In this document: one piece after another, positions 44,339-54,056 of the stretch | How the letters are laid out: the number at the start of each line of letters is the position of its first letter | How positions within the stretch are numbered: position 1 is the first letter of the stretch | From: Acidobacteriota bacterium | GTDB lineage: Bacteria > Acidobacteriota > Aminicenantia > UBA2199 | Assembly: GCA_025456205.1 (NCBI GenBank) | Contig: JALOLA010000002.1 | Span: 7,363-71,362, forward strand | Direction of reading: 5' to 3' | DNA: 64,000 bases | The notes under the pieces: model-generated | Database searches by the model: none | What the model saw: the letters and a program-made list of their open reading frames with translations, nothing else | What the model was told of the DNA's origin: nothing | Translations under genes and position numbers: made by a program

Positions 44339-45010
44339 TCACTTGCCTGGGCCTGCCTGCCTGGGCATGAAGGATGTGCAATAGGCCCGGCGATCGATCT
44401 TGATCTCGCGGACGGCCCGGCCGTCGACCTGCAAAAGGCAGCGGCCGCTGTCCTGGTGGAAATAAGCGCACTGGTGGCAGAAGGTGGCGAAATTGGCATC
44501 CTGACTGGCCAGGCGGCGGAGTTGCTCCTCCCTGGCCTTCTCAACCAGCCGCTGTTCTTCGGCCTTTTTACGTACGAAGAGGTGCCGGACCAGGAAGGCG
44601 ATGAAGAGGGCCAGATAGAGAAAAAACAGCGATCGCAGGCCCAGCTGCACGACCACGGGAACGAAGGCGATCATCCCGGCCAAGGCGGTCCCCAGGACCA
44701 TGAGCTGGAAGCCATTGTTGGAGCCCAGGTAGGCCGCTTTAAGCGAGAAGAGGAAGACCAGGATATAAACGATGAAAACGGCGGGGTGCTGGGCGAAATA
44801 GAACAATGCCAAGAAAAGGGACAGGGCGATCAGCGAGCATATGCCCGTTTTTTTGAGGTCGCCTTTCAGGTCGAAGCCGCTGTCGCCGACGCCGATGCGA
44901 TCGGCGATGAAAACGCCGAGCAGCGCGGCGGCCACGTGCCAGACATACAGCGCCAGGGCGAAGGCGATGTAGGTCGCTGGCGGCGCGGCCGTGATGATCG
45001 TCAGCTTCAT
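44339..45010 (-). CDS. Membrane protein (about 5 TM) with a C-terminal Cys-rich cytoplasmic tail.
   Basis: ATG at 45010 with a purine-rich SD, and a TATAAT box at 45040-45035 upstream. CHQC ... C ... C motif. Confidence 0.65.
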   Translation of the reverse strand: MKLTIITAAPPATYIAFALALYVWHVAAALLGVFIADRIGVGDSGFDLKGDLKKTGICSLIALSLFLALFYFAQHPAVFIVYILVFLFSLKAAYLGSNNGFQLMVLGTALAGMIAFVPVVVQLGLRSLFFLYLALFIAFLVRHLFVRKKAEEQRLVEKAREEQLRRLASQDANFATFCHQCAYFHQDSGRCLLQVDGRAVREIKIDRRAYCTSFMPRQAGPGK

Positions 45011-45197
45011 TCTTTCCTCGCCTCTTTGAAAAACATTATACAGCAAAAAAAAAGCAAAAATGCCGCTTTCCCAAAAAACAAATGCCCGGCATGGGCCAGG
45101 CCGCGCTCGCCCGGGCCCGGCAGCGGTTGCGAAATGCGGGGATTTGTTATATCCTCGGGACCCGGATCAGGAAAAAAACCTGGGAGGCAACGCAAGG

Positions 45198-46289
45198 ATG
45201 TATGGGACAACCCTGACACTGGCTGCGGTTTCGATGCTGGCGTACGCGCTGTGGCGGGCCTCGTCGCTGCCCGGGCTGCGCAAAATTCCCCGCCGCTCGT
45301 ACCTGGCGGGCGCGATCGTGCTGGTGCTGATGCTGGTCGTGGGCCGCCAGCTGGGGCATGACGGCTCGGGGCCCTGGGCCGCGGTAATGGAATTCATTTC
45401 CATGAACCTGATCGGTGCCTCATTCCTGATCTTCGTCTGCCTTTTCCCCGCCGACCTCGCCCTGGGCTTCGGCCTGTTTTTTCCCCGTCGGGCGGCGGGC
45501 ATCAGAAGCCTGGCGATCCTGGCCGGCTGCCTGCTGGCGCTGCTGGCGTTGTTCCAGGGGCTGCGCCCGCCGCAGGTCGTCCGCTACGAGGTGTTCCTGC
45601 CCGGACTGCCGCCGGAGCTCGACGGCACCCGGCTGGCAGCCATCTCCGATCTTCATCTCGGAACGCTGATCGGTCCGGGCTGGCTGCAGGCCCGGGTCTC
45701 CCAGGTGCAGGATTTGAAGCCCGACATGATCCTGGTGCTGGGAGATGTGTTCGAGGGCCATGGGGCCGCGCCTGACGCGTTCATTCCGGGCTTGCGCCGG
45801 CTCTCCGCCCCCCTGGGCGTCTGGGCCGTGGACGGCAACCATGGGCGGCGCGAGTGGCGGTCCCTTGCCCCGGGCCCGGTGGGACAGGATATCGTGCGCA
45901 CGCTGCGGGATGAAATGGCGCAGCCGGCGCCGGGCTTGTTCCTGGCCGGCCGCCGTTACCTTTCCCGTCATGAACGGGAACGGTCCATGCCGGAGTGGAA
46001 CCCGGGCAAAGCGCCCGGGGCGATGATCCTGATGGCCCATGCGCCGACGTCGGTGCATTCCGCCGCCCGCGCCGGGTTCGGCCTGATGCTTTCGGGACAC
46101 ACCCATGGCGGGCAGATATGGCCCCTGAGCATCGCCACGCGCATGGCGAACCCCCTGCTGGCAGGGCGCTATGACATCCAGGGCATGACGGTCCTGGTGA
46201 GTCGCGGCGCCGGCACCTGGGGGCCCAGGATGCGCCTGTGGCGCCCTGGAGATATCCTGCTGGTCATCCTGCGCACGCCGCGCCACTGA
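45198..46289 (+). CDS. Membrane-anchored metallophosphoesterase (YkuE-like).
   Basis: N-terminal TM helices followed by SDLHLG, GDVFEG, GNH and GHTHGGQ motifs. Confidence 0.85.
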   Translation: MYGTTLTLAAVSMLAYALWRASSLPGLRKIPRRSYLAGAIVLVLMLVVGRQLGHDGSGPWAAVMEFISMNLIGASFLIFVCLFPADLALGFGLFFPRRAAGIRSLAILAGCLLALLALFQGLRPPQVVRYEVFLPGLPPELDGTRLAAISDLHLGTLIGPGWLQARVSQVQDLKPDMILVLGDVFEGHGAAPDAFIPGLRRLSAPLGVWAVDGNHGRREWRSLAPGPVGQDIVRTLRDEMAQPAPGLFLAGRRYLSRHERERSMPEWNPGKAPGAMILMAHAPTSVHSAARAGFGLMLSGHTHGGQIWPLSIATRMANPLLAGRYDIQGMTVLVSRGAGTWGPRMRLWRPGDILLVILRTPRH

Positions 46290-46330
46290 ACGCTGCGCAG
46301 AGCCCCGGGCCGATGTCCGGCAGCGATTGC

Positions 46331-46359
46331 TTGGCTTTTTTCTGCCGATCCGCTATAGT
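46331..46359 (+). promoter_or_regulatory. Promoter TTGGCT-17-TATAGT, giving a very short leader.
   Basis: The -10 ends 11 nt before the ATG at 46371. No SD. Confidence 0.45.
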
Positions 46360-46370
46360 GAAGCGCAAGC

Positions 46371-47183
46371 ATGGAAAAGATCAACACCCACCGGGCGACC
46401 GTTTACTTCGCCGCCCAAGATCGCGAGACGGCCGAAGCGATCGGCCGCACCGCGGAGGAAAGCCTCCGTCTCGTTCATGACCATTGGGGCCTGGAGCCCA
46501 CTGGCGACCTGCGACTCTATGTGATGAATTCTTGGCCGGGCTTCCTGTTCCATGCGGCCCCCGTGCCCTGGCGCCTGGCGCTGGCACTGTCCTTTCCCAT
46601 CTGGGCGCTTCGTGTCAGGCGCTTGTGGCAGGTGGCCGGGGGCTGGACGCAGCGCTTCGGGCGCCGGCTGGCGGTGGGGGTCAAGCCGCCGCGATTGCTC
46701 CATGCCGGCGATCACAGCCTGGGCCGGCACGTTTTCATTCCCGGGGCAAGCATGGAGGAAAAGGTCCGGCACGTTGCCTGCCACGAGCTGACCCACGCCT
46801 GCACCTGCCGCTTGGGGCTGCCGGCCTGGCTGAACGAGGGGCTGTCGATGGTTGCGGTGGACCTGCTGCTGGGCAAGGCGACGGTGCTCCCCGCCACCGC
46901 CGCCGCCCTGGCCGCGGCCCCGCTTCCTCCTGATCGGCGCGGCTATCCCGCTTTTTCCCGCAAGAATCGCGAGGATTTCCTCTGCTATTTCGTCCTGGGC
47001 TACTGGCGGGTGCGCTTCCTTGAAGAGACGAGGCCCGGGCTGCTGAAAAAGCTGCTCCGCGAAGCTTATTGCCCGGGCGAATGGCACGGGTCCCTCGCCG
47101 CCGCTTATGCGCTGGGGGATGGGCCGTCCTGGCTTGGCATCGACCGCCTGGCTGCGACCCATTTCAGAAACCCCTCCGTCTGA
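46371..47183 (+). CDS. HExxH zinc-metallopeptidase-like protein (MA clan).
   Basis: The CHELTH ... NEG motif arrangement. Confidence 0.65.
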   Translation: MEKINTHRATVYFAAQDRETAEAIGRTAEESLRLVHDHWGLEPTGDLRLYVMNSWPGFLFHAAPVPWRLALALSFPIWALRVRRLWQVAGGWTQRFGRRLAVGVKPPRLLHAGDHSLGRHVFIPGASMEEKVRHVACHELTHACTCRLGLPAWLNEGLSMVAVDLLLGKATVLPATAAALAAAPLPPDRRGYPAFSRKNREDFLCYFVLGYWRVRFLEETRPGLLKKLLREAYCPGEWHGSLAAAYALGDGPSWLGIDRLAATHFRNPSV

Positions 47184-47320
47184 TGATTCCCGGCCGGCCG
47201 GCGGCTGACGGCGCTCGCGGAAATTTGAAAAAAAGCGCGGGCCGGCGCCAACCTTATGGCCGCCGGCTGCGTATCATGAGCGATGCATCCCAAGATTCTC
47301 AGCAATCACCGGAGGATTTT

Positions 47321-50300
47321 ATGAAAAAAATCGTCAAAACAACTCTCGCCGTGGCTTTCCTTTTCGCCATGTTCCTGGGAGCGCTGCCGCTGCCGGCGCA
47401 GGACAATCCGCTATGGCTGCGCTATCCGGCCATCTCCCCCGATGGCAACAGCATCCTGTTCTGCTACCAGGGCGACATCTATAAGGTTCCCGCTGCCGGC
47501 GGGCAGGCCATCCCCCTGACCATCGGCGAAGCGTACGACGTGGCCCCGGTCTGGAGCCACGACGGCCGCTCCATCGCCTTCGCTTCCGACCGCCATGGCA
47601 ATTTCGACGTCTTCGTCATCCCGGCCTCCGGCGGCGAGGCGCGGCGCCTGACCTGGCATTCCGCCGGCGACATGCCCAGCAGCTTCAGCGCCGATGACCG
47701 GCATGTCCTCTTCACGGCCGTGCGCCACTCGCTGGCGACGAACGCCAAGTTCCCTACCGCCGCGCTGCCGGAACTCTACAGCGTCCCGGTGAACGGCGGC
47801 GAGGCGACCCTCGTCCTGGCCCAGCCGGCCATGGCGGCCACGGTCAGCCCGGCCGGCGACAAGATCATCTACCACGACCAGAAGGGCTACGAGAGCGAAT
47901 GGCGCAAGCACCATACTTCGGCGGTGACCCGTGACATATGGGTCTATGACCTGAAGGCGAAAAAGAATGTCCAGGTCACCACCTTCCAGGGCGAGGACCG
48001 CAATCCTGTCTTCGCCGCCAACGGCGATGATTTCTACTACCTGAGCGAGCAGGGCGGCTCGTTCAATGTTCATCAAAGCTCCCTGAGCCGGCCGGGGACA
48101 ACGGTCGCCCTTACCTCCTTCAGCAAGAACCCCGTCCGCTTCCTGAGCCGCTCGGCCGCCGGCGTCCTCTGCTTCGGCTATGACGGCGAGATCTACACCC
48201 TGTCGGGAGGCGCCGCCCCGCGCCGGGTGGATGTGCGCATCGCGCAGGACGGCCGCCGCGTCCTGGAAAAGCCCGTGCCGGTCGGTGGCGGCATCACGCA
48301 GATGCGCCTTTCGCCCAACGGCAAGGAGATCGCCTACGTCTTCCGCGGCGAGATCTTCATCGGCAGTGTCGAGGGCGGCGTGGGCAAACGCATCACCAAC
48401 ACCCCCGGGCAGGAACGCAGCGTCAGCTTCAGCCCGGACGGCCGCACCCTGGTCTATGCCGCCGAGAGGGACAACAACTGGAACATCTACACGACCACGA
48501 TCGCGCGCAAGGAGGAGCCCTATTTCTACGCGGCCACGGTCCTCAAGGAGGAGCCGCTGCTGGCCACGGCCGCCGAGGAATTCCAGCCGGAATTCTCGCC
48601 CGACGGCAAGGAGGTCGCCTACCTGGAAGACCGCGTCGTGCTCAAGGTCATCCACCTGGCCTCACGCCAGGTGCGGACGATCCTGCCTGCCGAGCATAAC
48701 TATTCCTACGCCGACGGCGACCAGGATTTCTGCTGGAGCCCCGACGGCAAGTGGTTCCTGGTGCAGTTCGGCTACGTTCGCCTGTTCACCGCCCAGGTCG
48801 GGCTGATCGCCAGCGACGGCAAGGGCAAGGTCATCAACCTGACCAATAGCGGCTTCGACAGCATCGGCGCCCGCTGGGGCATGGACGGCACCATGATGTA
48901 CTTCGGGGGCACGCGGGACGGCCTGGCCAACGTCGACGGCTCGCCCGTGACCTACGACATCTACGGCATGTTCTTCACCCGCGAGGCCTTCGACCGCTTC
49001 CGGCTTTCCAAGCCCGACTTCGCCCTGCTCAAGGAGCTGGAGGACAAGGAGAAGGAAAACAAGGCCAAGGCGGACAAGGACAAAGCCAGGGACGGCAAGG
49101 ACGCCGCGGCCAAGAAACCCGAGCCCCGCAAGGACATCGTCATCGAGCTGGAAGGCCTGGACCAGCGCAAGGCCAGGTTCACCATCAGCTCCGCCGATAT
49201 CGCCGGCGCGACGCTGACCAAGGCCGGCGACAAGCTCCTCTACCTGGCCCGCTTCGAAAAGGGCTACGATCTCTGGCAGACCGAGCTGCGCACGAAGGAG
49301 ACCAAGCTCCTGGCCAAGCTCGGCGCCGAGCGGGCGGCCCTCGAGCTCGCTGCCGACGGCAAGGCCCTTTTCGTGCTGGCCGACGGCAAGGTCAGCAAGA
49401 TCGACCCCGAGAGCGGCAAGGCGGAGCCCGTCGCCGTCGGCAATGAAATGCTGCTCGACGCGTCCGCCGAGAAGGCCTACATGTTCGACCATATGTGGCG
49501 GCAGATCCAGCAGAAATTCCTGGTCGCCGACCTCTACGGCGCCGACTGGGACCTCTATTACGCGACCTATCGCAAGTTCCTGCCCCATATCACCAACAAC
49601 CACGACTACGCGGAGATGGTCAGCGAGATGCTCGGCGAGCTGAACGCCTCCCACACCGGCTGTTATTACAATGCCCCGCGCCTGCCCGAAGCCGACGCCA
49701 CGGCCTCGCTGGGCTTCTACCGCGACTTCGCTCATGCCGGCCCGGGACTGAAAGTGGCGGAGATCCTGAGCGGCGGCCCGCTGGACAAGGCAACGCTCAA
49801 GGTCCGGGCCGGGCATATCATCGAAAAGATCGACCACCGGCTTCTTGACGGGTCGTTCGACCACGCCCGGCTGCTCAACCGCAAGGCCGGGCAGCCCGCC
49901 CTGCTCTCCGTGCTCGACCCGGCGACGAAACAGCGCTGGGAGGAGACTGTCAAGCCCGCGGCGCTGGGGGAGGAGGGAGCGCTGCTGTATCCCCGCTGGG
50001 TCCGCGCCCGCCGCGCCGAGGTCGACCGCCTCTCCAACGGCCGTCTCGGCTATGTGCACGTCCGCGGCATGAACGACGCCAGCTTCCGCACGACCATCGA
50101 GGAGGCCCTCGGCCTGAGCATCGACAAGGAGGCCCTGATCGTCGACACGCGCTTCAACGGCGGCGGCAATCTGCACGACCAGCTCGCCGATTTCCTGAAC
50201 GGCAAGAAGGTCTTCGACATCCTGCCCCGGGGGCAGCTGGTCGGCTACGAGCCTTACGGCAAGTGGATCAAGCCCTCCATCGTACTCATGGGCGAGGGCA

Positions 50301-50587
50301 ACTACTCGGACGCCCATCTCTTCCCGGTGGAATACAAGATCCGGGGCATCGGCAAGACGCTGGGCATGCCCGTGCCGGGCACGGGGACCTTTGTCTGGTG
50401 GGAGCGGCAGATCGACCCCACTCTGCGCTTCGGCATTCCCCAGGGCGGCTGGCGCACGCCGGAAGGCATCCTCTGCGAGAACAACCAGCTCGAGCCCGAT
50501 ATCCTGGTCAGGAACGACCCCGATGTCCTTTCCCTCGGGCGCGATCAGCAGATCGAAGCGGCCGTCCAGGAATTGCTGAAGAAGTGA
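47321..50587 (+). CDS. Tricorn-protease-like S41B peptidase (beta-propellers, PDZ, C-terminal catalytic domain).
   Basis: GGAGG lies 5 nt before the ATG at 47321. Signal peptide. Repeated PD40-type SPDG motifs. DTRFNGGG and a C-terminal S41 core. The upstream 252 nt of the ORF was rejected. Confidence 0.9.
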   Translation: MKKIVKTTLAVAFLFAMFLGALPLPAQDNPLWLRYPAISPDGNSILFCYQGDIYKVPAAGGQAIPLTIGEAYDVAPVWSHDGRSIAFASDRHGNFDVFVIPASGGEARRLTWHSAGDMPSSFSADDRHVLFTAVRHSLATNAKFPTAALPELYSVPVNGGEATLVLAQPAMAATVSPAGDKIIYHDQKGYESEWRKHHTSAVTRDIWVYDLKAKKNVQVTTFQGEDRNPVFAANGDDFYYLSEQGGSFNVHQSSLSRPGTTVALTSFSKNPVRFLSRSAAGVLCFGYDGEIYTLSGGAAPRRVDVRIAQDGRRVLEKPVPVGGGITQMRLSPNGKEIAYVFRGEIFIGSVEGGVGKRITNTPGQERSVSFSPDGRTLVYAAERDNNWNIYTTTIARKEEPYFYAATVLKEEPLLATAAEEFQPEFSPDGKEVAYLEDRVVLKVIHLASRQVRTILPAEHNYSYADGDQDFCWSPDGKWFLVQFGYVRLFTAQVGLIASDGKGKVINLTNSGFDSIGARWGMDGTMMYFGGTRDGLANVDGSPVTYDIYGMFFTREAFDRFRLSKPDFALLKELEDKEKENKAKADKDKARDGKDAAAKKPEPRKDIVIELEGLDQRKARFTISSADIAGATLTKAGDKLLYLARFEKGYDLWQTELRTKETKLLAKLGAERAALELAADGKALFVLADGKVSKIDPESGKAEPVAVGNEMLLDASAEKAYMFDHMWRQIQQKFLVADLYGADWDLYYATYRKFLPHITNNHDYAEMVSEMLGELNASHTGCYYNAPRLPEADATASLGFYRDFAHAGPGLKVAEILSGGPLDKATLKVRAGHIIEKIDHRLLDGSFDHARLLNRKAGQPALLSVLDPATKQRWEETVKPAALGEEGALLYPRWVRARRAEVDRLSNGRLGYVHVRGMNDASFRTTIEEALGLSIDKEALIVDTRFNGGGNLHDQLADFLNGKKVFDILPRGQLVGYEPYGKWIKPSIVLMGEGNYSDAHLFPVEYKIRGIGKTLGMPVPGTGTFVWWERQIDPTLRFGIPQGGWRTPEGILCENNQLEPDILVRNDPDVLSLGRDQQIEAAVQELLKK

Positions 50588-50593
50588 ACAGAC

Positions 50594-50630
50594 CATCGTG
50601 ACGCGTAACTCGTGACGCGTGACGCGAAAG
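50594..50630. repeat. CGTGACG heptad array directly after the tricorn gene stop.
   Basis: catcgtgacgcgtaactcgtgacgcgtgacgcgaaag. TGA or TAA occurs every 7 nt. Confidence 0.7.
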
Positions 50631-50653
50631 AGCAGACGCCAGGTCTGCTTTTC
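50631..50653 (+). terminator. Rho-independent terminator of the tricorn-like gene.
   Basis: Stem agcagac / gtctgct with loop gccag, followed by tttc. The stem extends with flanking gaaag/ctttt. Confidence 0.6.
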
Positions 50654-50688
50654 GGGTTGATGGGTTTGCGGGTATTGGGGTTAAGGGG
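50654..50688 (+). other. G-run cluster matching a G-quadruplex motif.
   Basis: GGG ttgat GGG tttgc GGG tatt GGGG ttaa GGGG. Confidence 0.35.
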
Positions 50689-50729
50689 TCTGTATAAGGC
50701 AAGAATTCGAACTCGTTGCCCTGACTCTT

Positions 50730-52094
50730 TTATTCTTGAAGCCCTGACCCCTTCAACCTGCTCCGCAGCAATGCTTCGATCGCGGCGATCTCCTTGGGGA
50801 CCGCGGCAGTGAGAACTTCGCAGCCGTCGGCGGTGATCACGATGGTGTCCTCGATGCGCACGCCGATGCCCTTTTCCGGATAATAAAGCCCCGGTTCCAC
50901 GGCCAGGACCATGCCGGGCTGCAGCGGGGAGTCCTGCGGGCCTCCATCGTGCGTGCCCAGCCCCACGAAGTGGTGGATGTCCCCCTGCAGGCCGCGGGCA
51001 TCGATCTTTTTTTCTGCCAGCTTCGCGGCCACGACCCTGCGGATGGAGGCGGCATCGGCCCCCGGGCGGCAGGCGGCGATCGTGGCCTTCTGGACCTCGA
51101 GCACCGCGCGATAGATCTCCCGCTGCTCCGGGCTGAACGTACCCGAGACGGGCCAGGTGCGGCTGATATCCATGCAGAGGTGGTCCAGGTCGGCGCCGAA
51201 GTCCATCAGCACCAGCTCGCCGGCGGCCAGGAGCTTGTCGTTGTGCTCGTAGTGCCAGGTGCAGGCGTTGAGTCCGGCGGCGACGATGGGCTGGAAGGCC
51301 AGCCCGCGGGCGCCGTGCGCCAGCACCCAGCCGACGGCCGCCGCCTCCAGCGTGTATTCGCGGGCCCCCGGCCGCGTGCGCAGCATGGCCTGGCGCACCG
51401 CCTCGGCCGACAGCCGGCCGTTGCGGCGCAGGCTCTCGATCTCGGCCTCGCTCTTGATGGACCGCATCTTCGCCAGCAGCGGCGAGACGTCGAGCAGCCG
51501 GGCGTCGGGGAAAAGCTCGCGCAGCCTGGCGGCCCGGGCCAGGTCGGGCGAGGGGTAGGCGTTGAAATGGCTGCGGGAGCGCCGGGCGATGGCCAGGCGC
51601 TCCTCGTAGCGATCGCTGTCGAGCGTGTCGCCTGGGGCCAGGCGGGCATAGAGCGCCGTGCCGGAAGCGTTCAGCCGGCGCGCCAGGAACTCGTCGAGGG
51701 CCGAGAGCCCGGCGATTGATCTCAGTCGCAGGCGTGCCGCGGCGCCGGCGTCACGCAGCAGGTTGGCGCCGCTGACCATGATCTCGCGGGCCGACTGCTC
51801 GGGAAGGAAGAGATGGGCCTCGGCCCTGGCGTTCTCCAGCACCAGCACCGTGCCGCTGTCTTCGATGCCGGTGAGGTAGTAAAAATCATTGTCCTGGCGG
51901 AAGCGGGAGCCGGGCGCGGCCGCGGTCGCGCCGAACAGGACGGTCAGCCCCTCGCCCGTGGTCGCCATCAGTTGCGCGCGGCGCCGGGCGCACTCCTCGG
52001 GTGCGAAGGGGGCGGCCGGCGCCGGATGGAGCACGCCCGCGGCCAGGCTCAGCACCAACAGCAGCAGCAGGGCCGGTGCGGCCCGGCGGCTCAT
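50730..52094 (-). CDS. Xaa-Pro aminopeptidase (M24B) with a signal peptide.
   Basis: Pita-bread motifs (VLMDFGADLD, HFVGLGTHD, VEPGLY, IRIEDT). Confidence 0.9.
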   Translation of the reverse strand: MSRRAAPALLLLLVLSLAAGVLHPAPAAPFAPEECARRRAQLMATTGEGLTVLFGATAAAPGSRFRQDNDFYYLTGIEDSGTVLVLENARAEAHLFLPEQSAREIMVSGANLLRDAGAAARLRLRSIAGLSALDEFLARRLNASGTALYARLAPGDTLDSDRYEERLAIARRSRSHFNAYPSPDLARAARLRELFPDARLLDVSPLLAKMRSIKSEAEIESLRRNGRLSAEAVRQAMLRTRPGAREYTLEAAAVGWVLAHGARGLAFQPIVAAGLNACTWHYEHNDKLLAAGELVLMDFGADLDHLCMDISRTWPVSGTFSPEQREIYRAVLEVQKATIAACRPGADAASIRRVVAAKLAEKKIDARGLQGDIHHFVGLGTHDGGPQDSPLQPGMVLAVEPGLYYPEKGIGVRIEDTIVITADGCEVLTAAVPKEIAAIEALLRSRLKGSGLQE

Positions 52095-52327
52095 GAGGGG
52101 CTCCCGGAGGCGGGCTTCCTGGCCCGGCGCATTGTCCAGCGCAGGAAGCTGAGCAGGCTGCCGCCGCTGGCCATGCCCAGGGCATAGGCGCCGACCACGA
52201 CCAGGGCGATGGGCAGGGTGAGGCTCCAGCTGAAAAATGAAACAGTGATCGCCTGCATATTCTGCAGCGCGAACAGTATGGTCACGCAGGCAAGAACGAC
52301 AAGCACGAACAGGTATAAAATTCTCAT
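52091..52327 (-). CDS. LapA/DUF1049-like small inner-membrane protein.
   Basis: GGAGGG SD. Two TM helices. 4-nt overlap with the M24B gene start. Confidence 0.7.
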   Translation of the reverse strand: MRILYLFVLVVLACVTILFALQNMQAITVSFFSWSLTLPIALVVVGAYALGMASGGSLLSFLRWTMRRARKPASGSPS

Positions 52328-52516
52328 GGTCCCTCCACTAGCGACATCATGATTATGGCGGAGGACCGGCGAAATTTCAAGTCGGGGCCGTTGCGGCATG
52401 TCGGGTTCAGGATGACCGGGCTTCCCGCCCATCCCCGCACTTGACTTCGCCGGCCGGGTCGGCTAAGGTAAGCGGCGGCGGCGACGGTCGTGCCGGCCGC
52501 CGGGAGCATCATCGCC

Positions 52517-53890
52517 ATGGAAGGAGCCAGCGCCCTGTTCTTCAGCTTCTGCCTGCTGGGGCTCTTTCTCCTGCTCGGCAAGGCGTTGCGCGTGGCCGTG
52601 CGCCTGTTCCAGGCCATCTACCTGCCTTCCTCGATCCTGGGCGGTTTCATCGCCCTGGCCTGCGGCCCCTACCTGCTCGACCTGCTGCCGCTTTGGGTGG
52701 GACGCGAGTGGGCGCAGGTCCCCGGACTGCTGATCAACCTGGTGTTCGCCAGCCTGTTCCTGGGCGTCGCCCTGCCGGGGGGGCGCGCGCTCTGGGACCA
52801 GGGCGGCGCGCAGCTCTGCTTCGGCATGGTGGTCGGGCTGGGCCAATACGTCGTCGCCCTGCTGCTCACCGTGCTGGTGCTCACGCCGGTTTTCGGCGTG
52901 CCACCGGTCTTCGCCTGCCTCCTGGAGATCGGCTTCTCCGGGGGCCACGGCACGGCCGCGGGCATGGCCGGGGTCTTCCAGGAGGTCGGCTTCCCGGCCG
53001 GAGCGGCCCTGGGACAGATGTCGGCCACGGTGGGCATCATCACCGCCGTGGTCGGCGGCATCCTGTTCATCAATCTCGCCCTGCGCAGGGGCTACCGCAC
53101 CCTCGGCGCCGGCAAGGGCCACGGCCAGCTCCGACCCTCGACCGGCCTGCTGAGCCGGGAGCAGCGCTTTCCGATCGCCCGGGCCACCGTCTCGCCCGAA
53201 TCGCTGGAGCCGTTCGCCTTCCACTTCGCCCTGGTGGCGCTGGCCGTGCTCCTGGGCTGGGTCATGCTGGGCGGCGTGCGCGCCCTGCACCCGCTGCTGC
53301 GCGGGTTCCCGCTTTTTCCCCTGGCCATGATCGGCGGCCTGCTCATCCAGGCGCTGGCAAGGCCGCTGCGCGTCGACCGCTACTTCGACCGCGACACCTT
53401 CGAGCGCATCCTCGGCTTTTCCATCGACATGCTGGTGGTGGCGGCCATCGCCACCATGCGCCTCGACCTCTTCGTGGCCAACTTCTGGCCGTTCCTGCTG
53501 CTGATGGCCGCGGGCATCGCCTGGCTGGTCTTCACCCTGGCCGTGCTGGCGCCGCGCATGTTCCCGCGCTACTGGCTCGAGCGCGGCATAACCGAATACG
53601 GAATGCAGAGCGGGGTCACGGCCATCGGCCTGCTGCTGCTGCGGCTGATCGACCCGCTGTACGACACCGGCACGGCCGAGGCCTTCGGCTTCAAGCAGAT
53701 GGTCTACGAGCCGCTGCTGGGCGGCGGGCTGGTCACCGCCACCGCCCCCTTCCTGATCGTTCGCTACGGCGCCTGGCGGTCGCTGGCCCTGGCCGCCGGG
53801 ATCATGGCCTTCTTCTGGTTCGTGTCGCTGTTGAGCGGCTGGTTCCGCCTGAAGCCGTGGCCGGGGGGAGCCGGAGACAGTAGTCAGTAG
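52517..53890 (+). CDS. gltS: Sodium/glutamate symporter.
   Basis: The N-terminus aligns with the remembered E. coli GltS start. EIGFSGGHGTAAGM motif. About 10-12 TM helices. Confidence 0.85.
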   Translation: MEGASALFFSFCLLGLFLLLGKALRVAVRLFQAIYLPSSILGGFIALACGPYLLDLLPLWVGREWAQVPGLLINLVFASLFLGVALPGGRALWDQGGAQLCFGMVVGLGQYVVALLLTVLVLTPVFGVPPVFACLLEIGFSGGHGTAAGMAGVFQEVGFPAGAALGQMSATVGIITAVVGGILFINLALRRGYRTLGAGKGHGQLRPSTGLLSREQRFPIARATVSPESLEPFAFHFALVALAVLLGWVMLGGVRALHPLLRGFPLFPLAMIGGLLIQALARPLRVDRYFDRDTFERILGFSIDMLVVAAIATMRLDLFVANFWPFLLLMAAGIAWLVFTLAVLAPRMFPRYWLERGITEYGMQSGVTAIGLLLLRLIDPLYDTGTAEAFGFKQMVYEPLLGGGLVTATAPFLIVRYGAWRSLALAAGIMAFFWFVSLLSGWFRLKPWPGGAGDSSQ

Positions 53891-54009
53891 CCAGTAGTCA
53901 GTAGCCAGTAGACAGTAGTTAGTGGAAATACCTTCAAAGAAAAATATTCAGCGAAAGTTTTCGGGAATTGCCTTTTTACTGACTGCCAACTACTGGCTAC
54001 TGACTACTT
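53878..54009. repeat. CAGTAGY heptad array (53878-53925) and its reverse complement (53977-54009), forming a 19-bp perfect inverted repeat.
   Basis: agtagtcagtagccagtag at 53879-53897 pairs with ctactggctactgactact at 53990-54008. The array begins inside the last codons of gltS. Confidence 0.9.
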
Positions 54010-54020
54010 TCATTGATCGC

Positions 54021-54049
54021 TTGTCCCTGAAGATCAATTGGTCTATCAT
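54021..54049 (+). promoter_or_regulatory. Promoter TTGTCC-17-TATCAT, predicted leaderless for the ATG at 54057.
   Basis: The -10 overlaps the first ATG (54048) and ends 7 nt before the second ATG (54057). Confidence 0.35.
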
Positions 54050-54056
54050 GACACTC

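Noticed and set aside
47411-50596. Two long minus-strand ORFs (414 and 644 aa) opposite the tricorn-like gene.
   Set aside because: They are shadow ORFs. The plus-strand product has SD, signal peptide and peptidase motifs.
53922-54047. Upstream extension of the methyltransferase ORF.
   Set aside because: It reads through the reverse-complement CAGTAGY array and the spacer. There is no SD, and homology-like sequence starts only at MTLMKTLEES.
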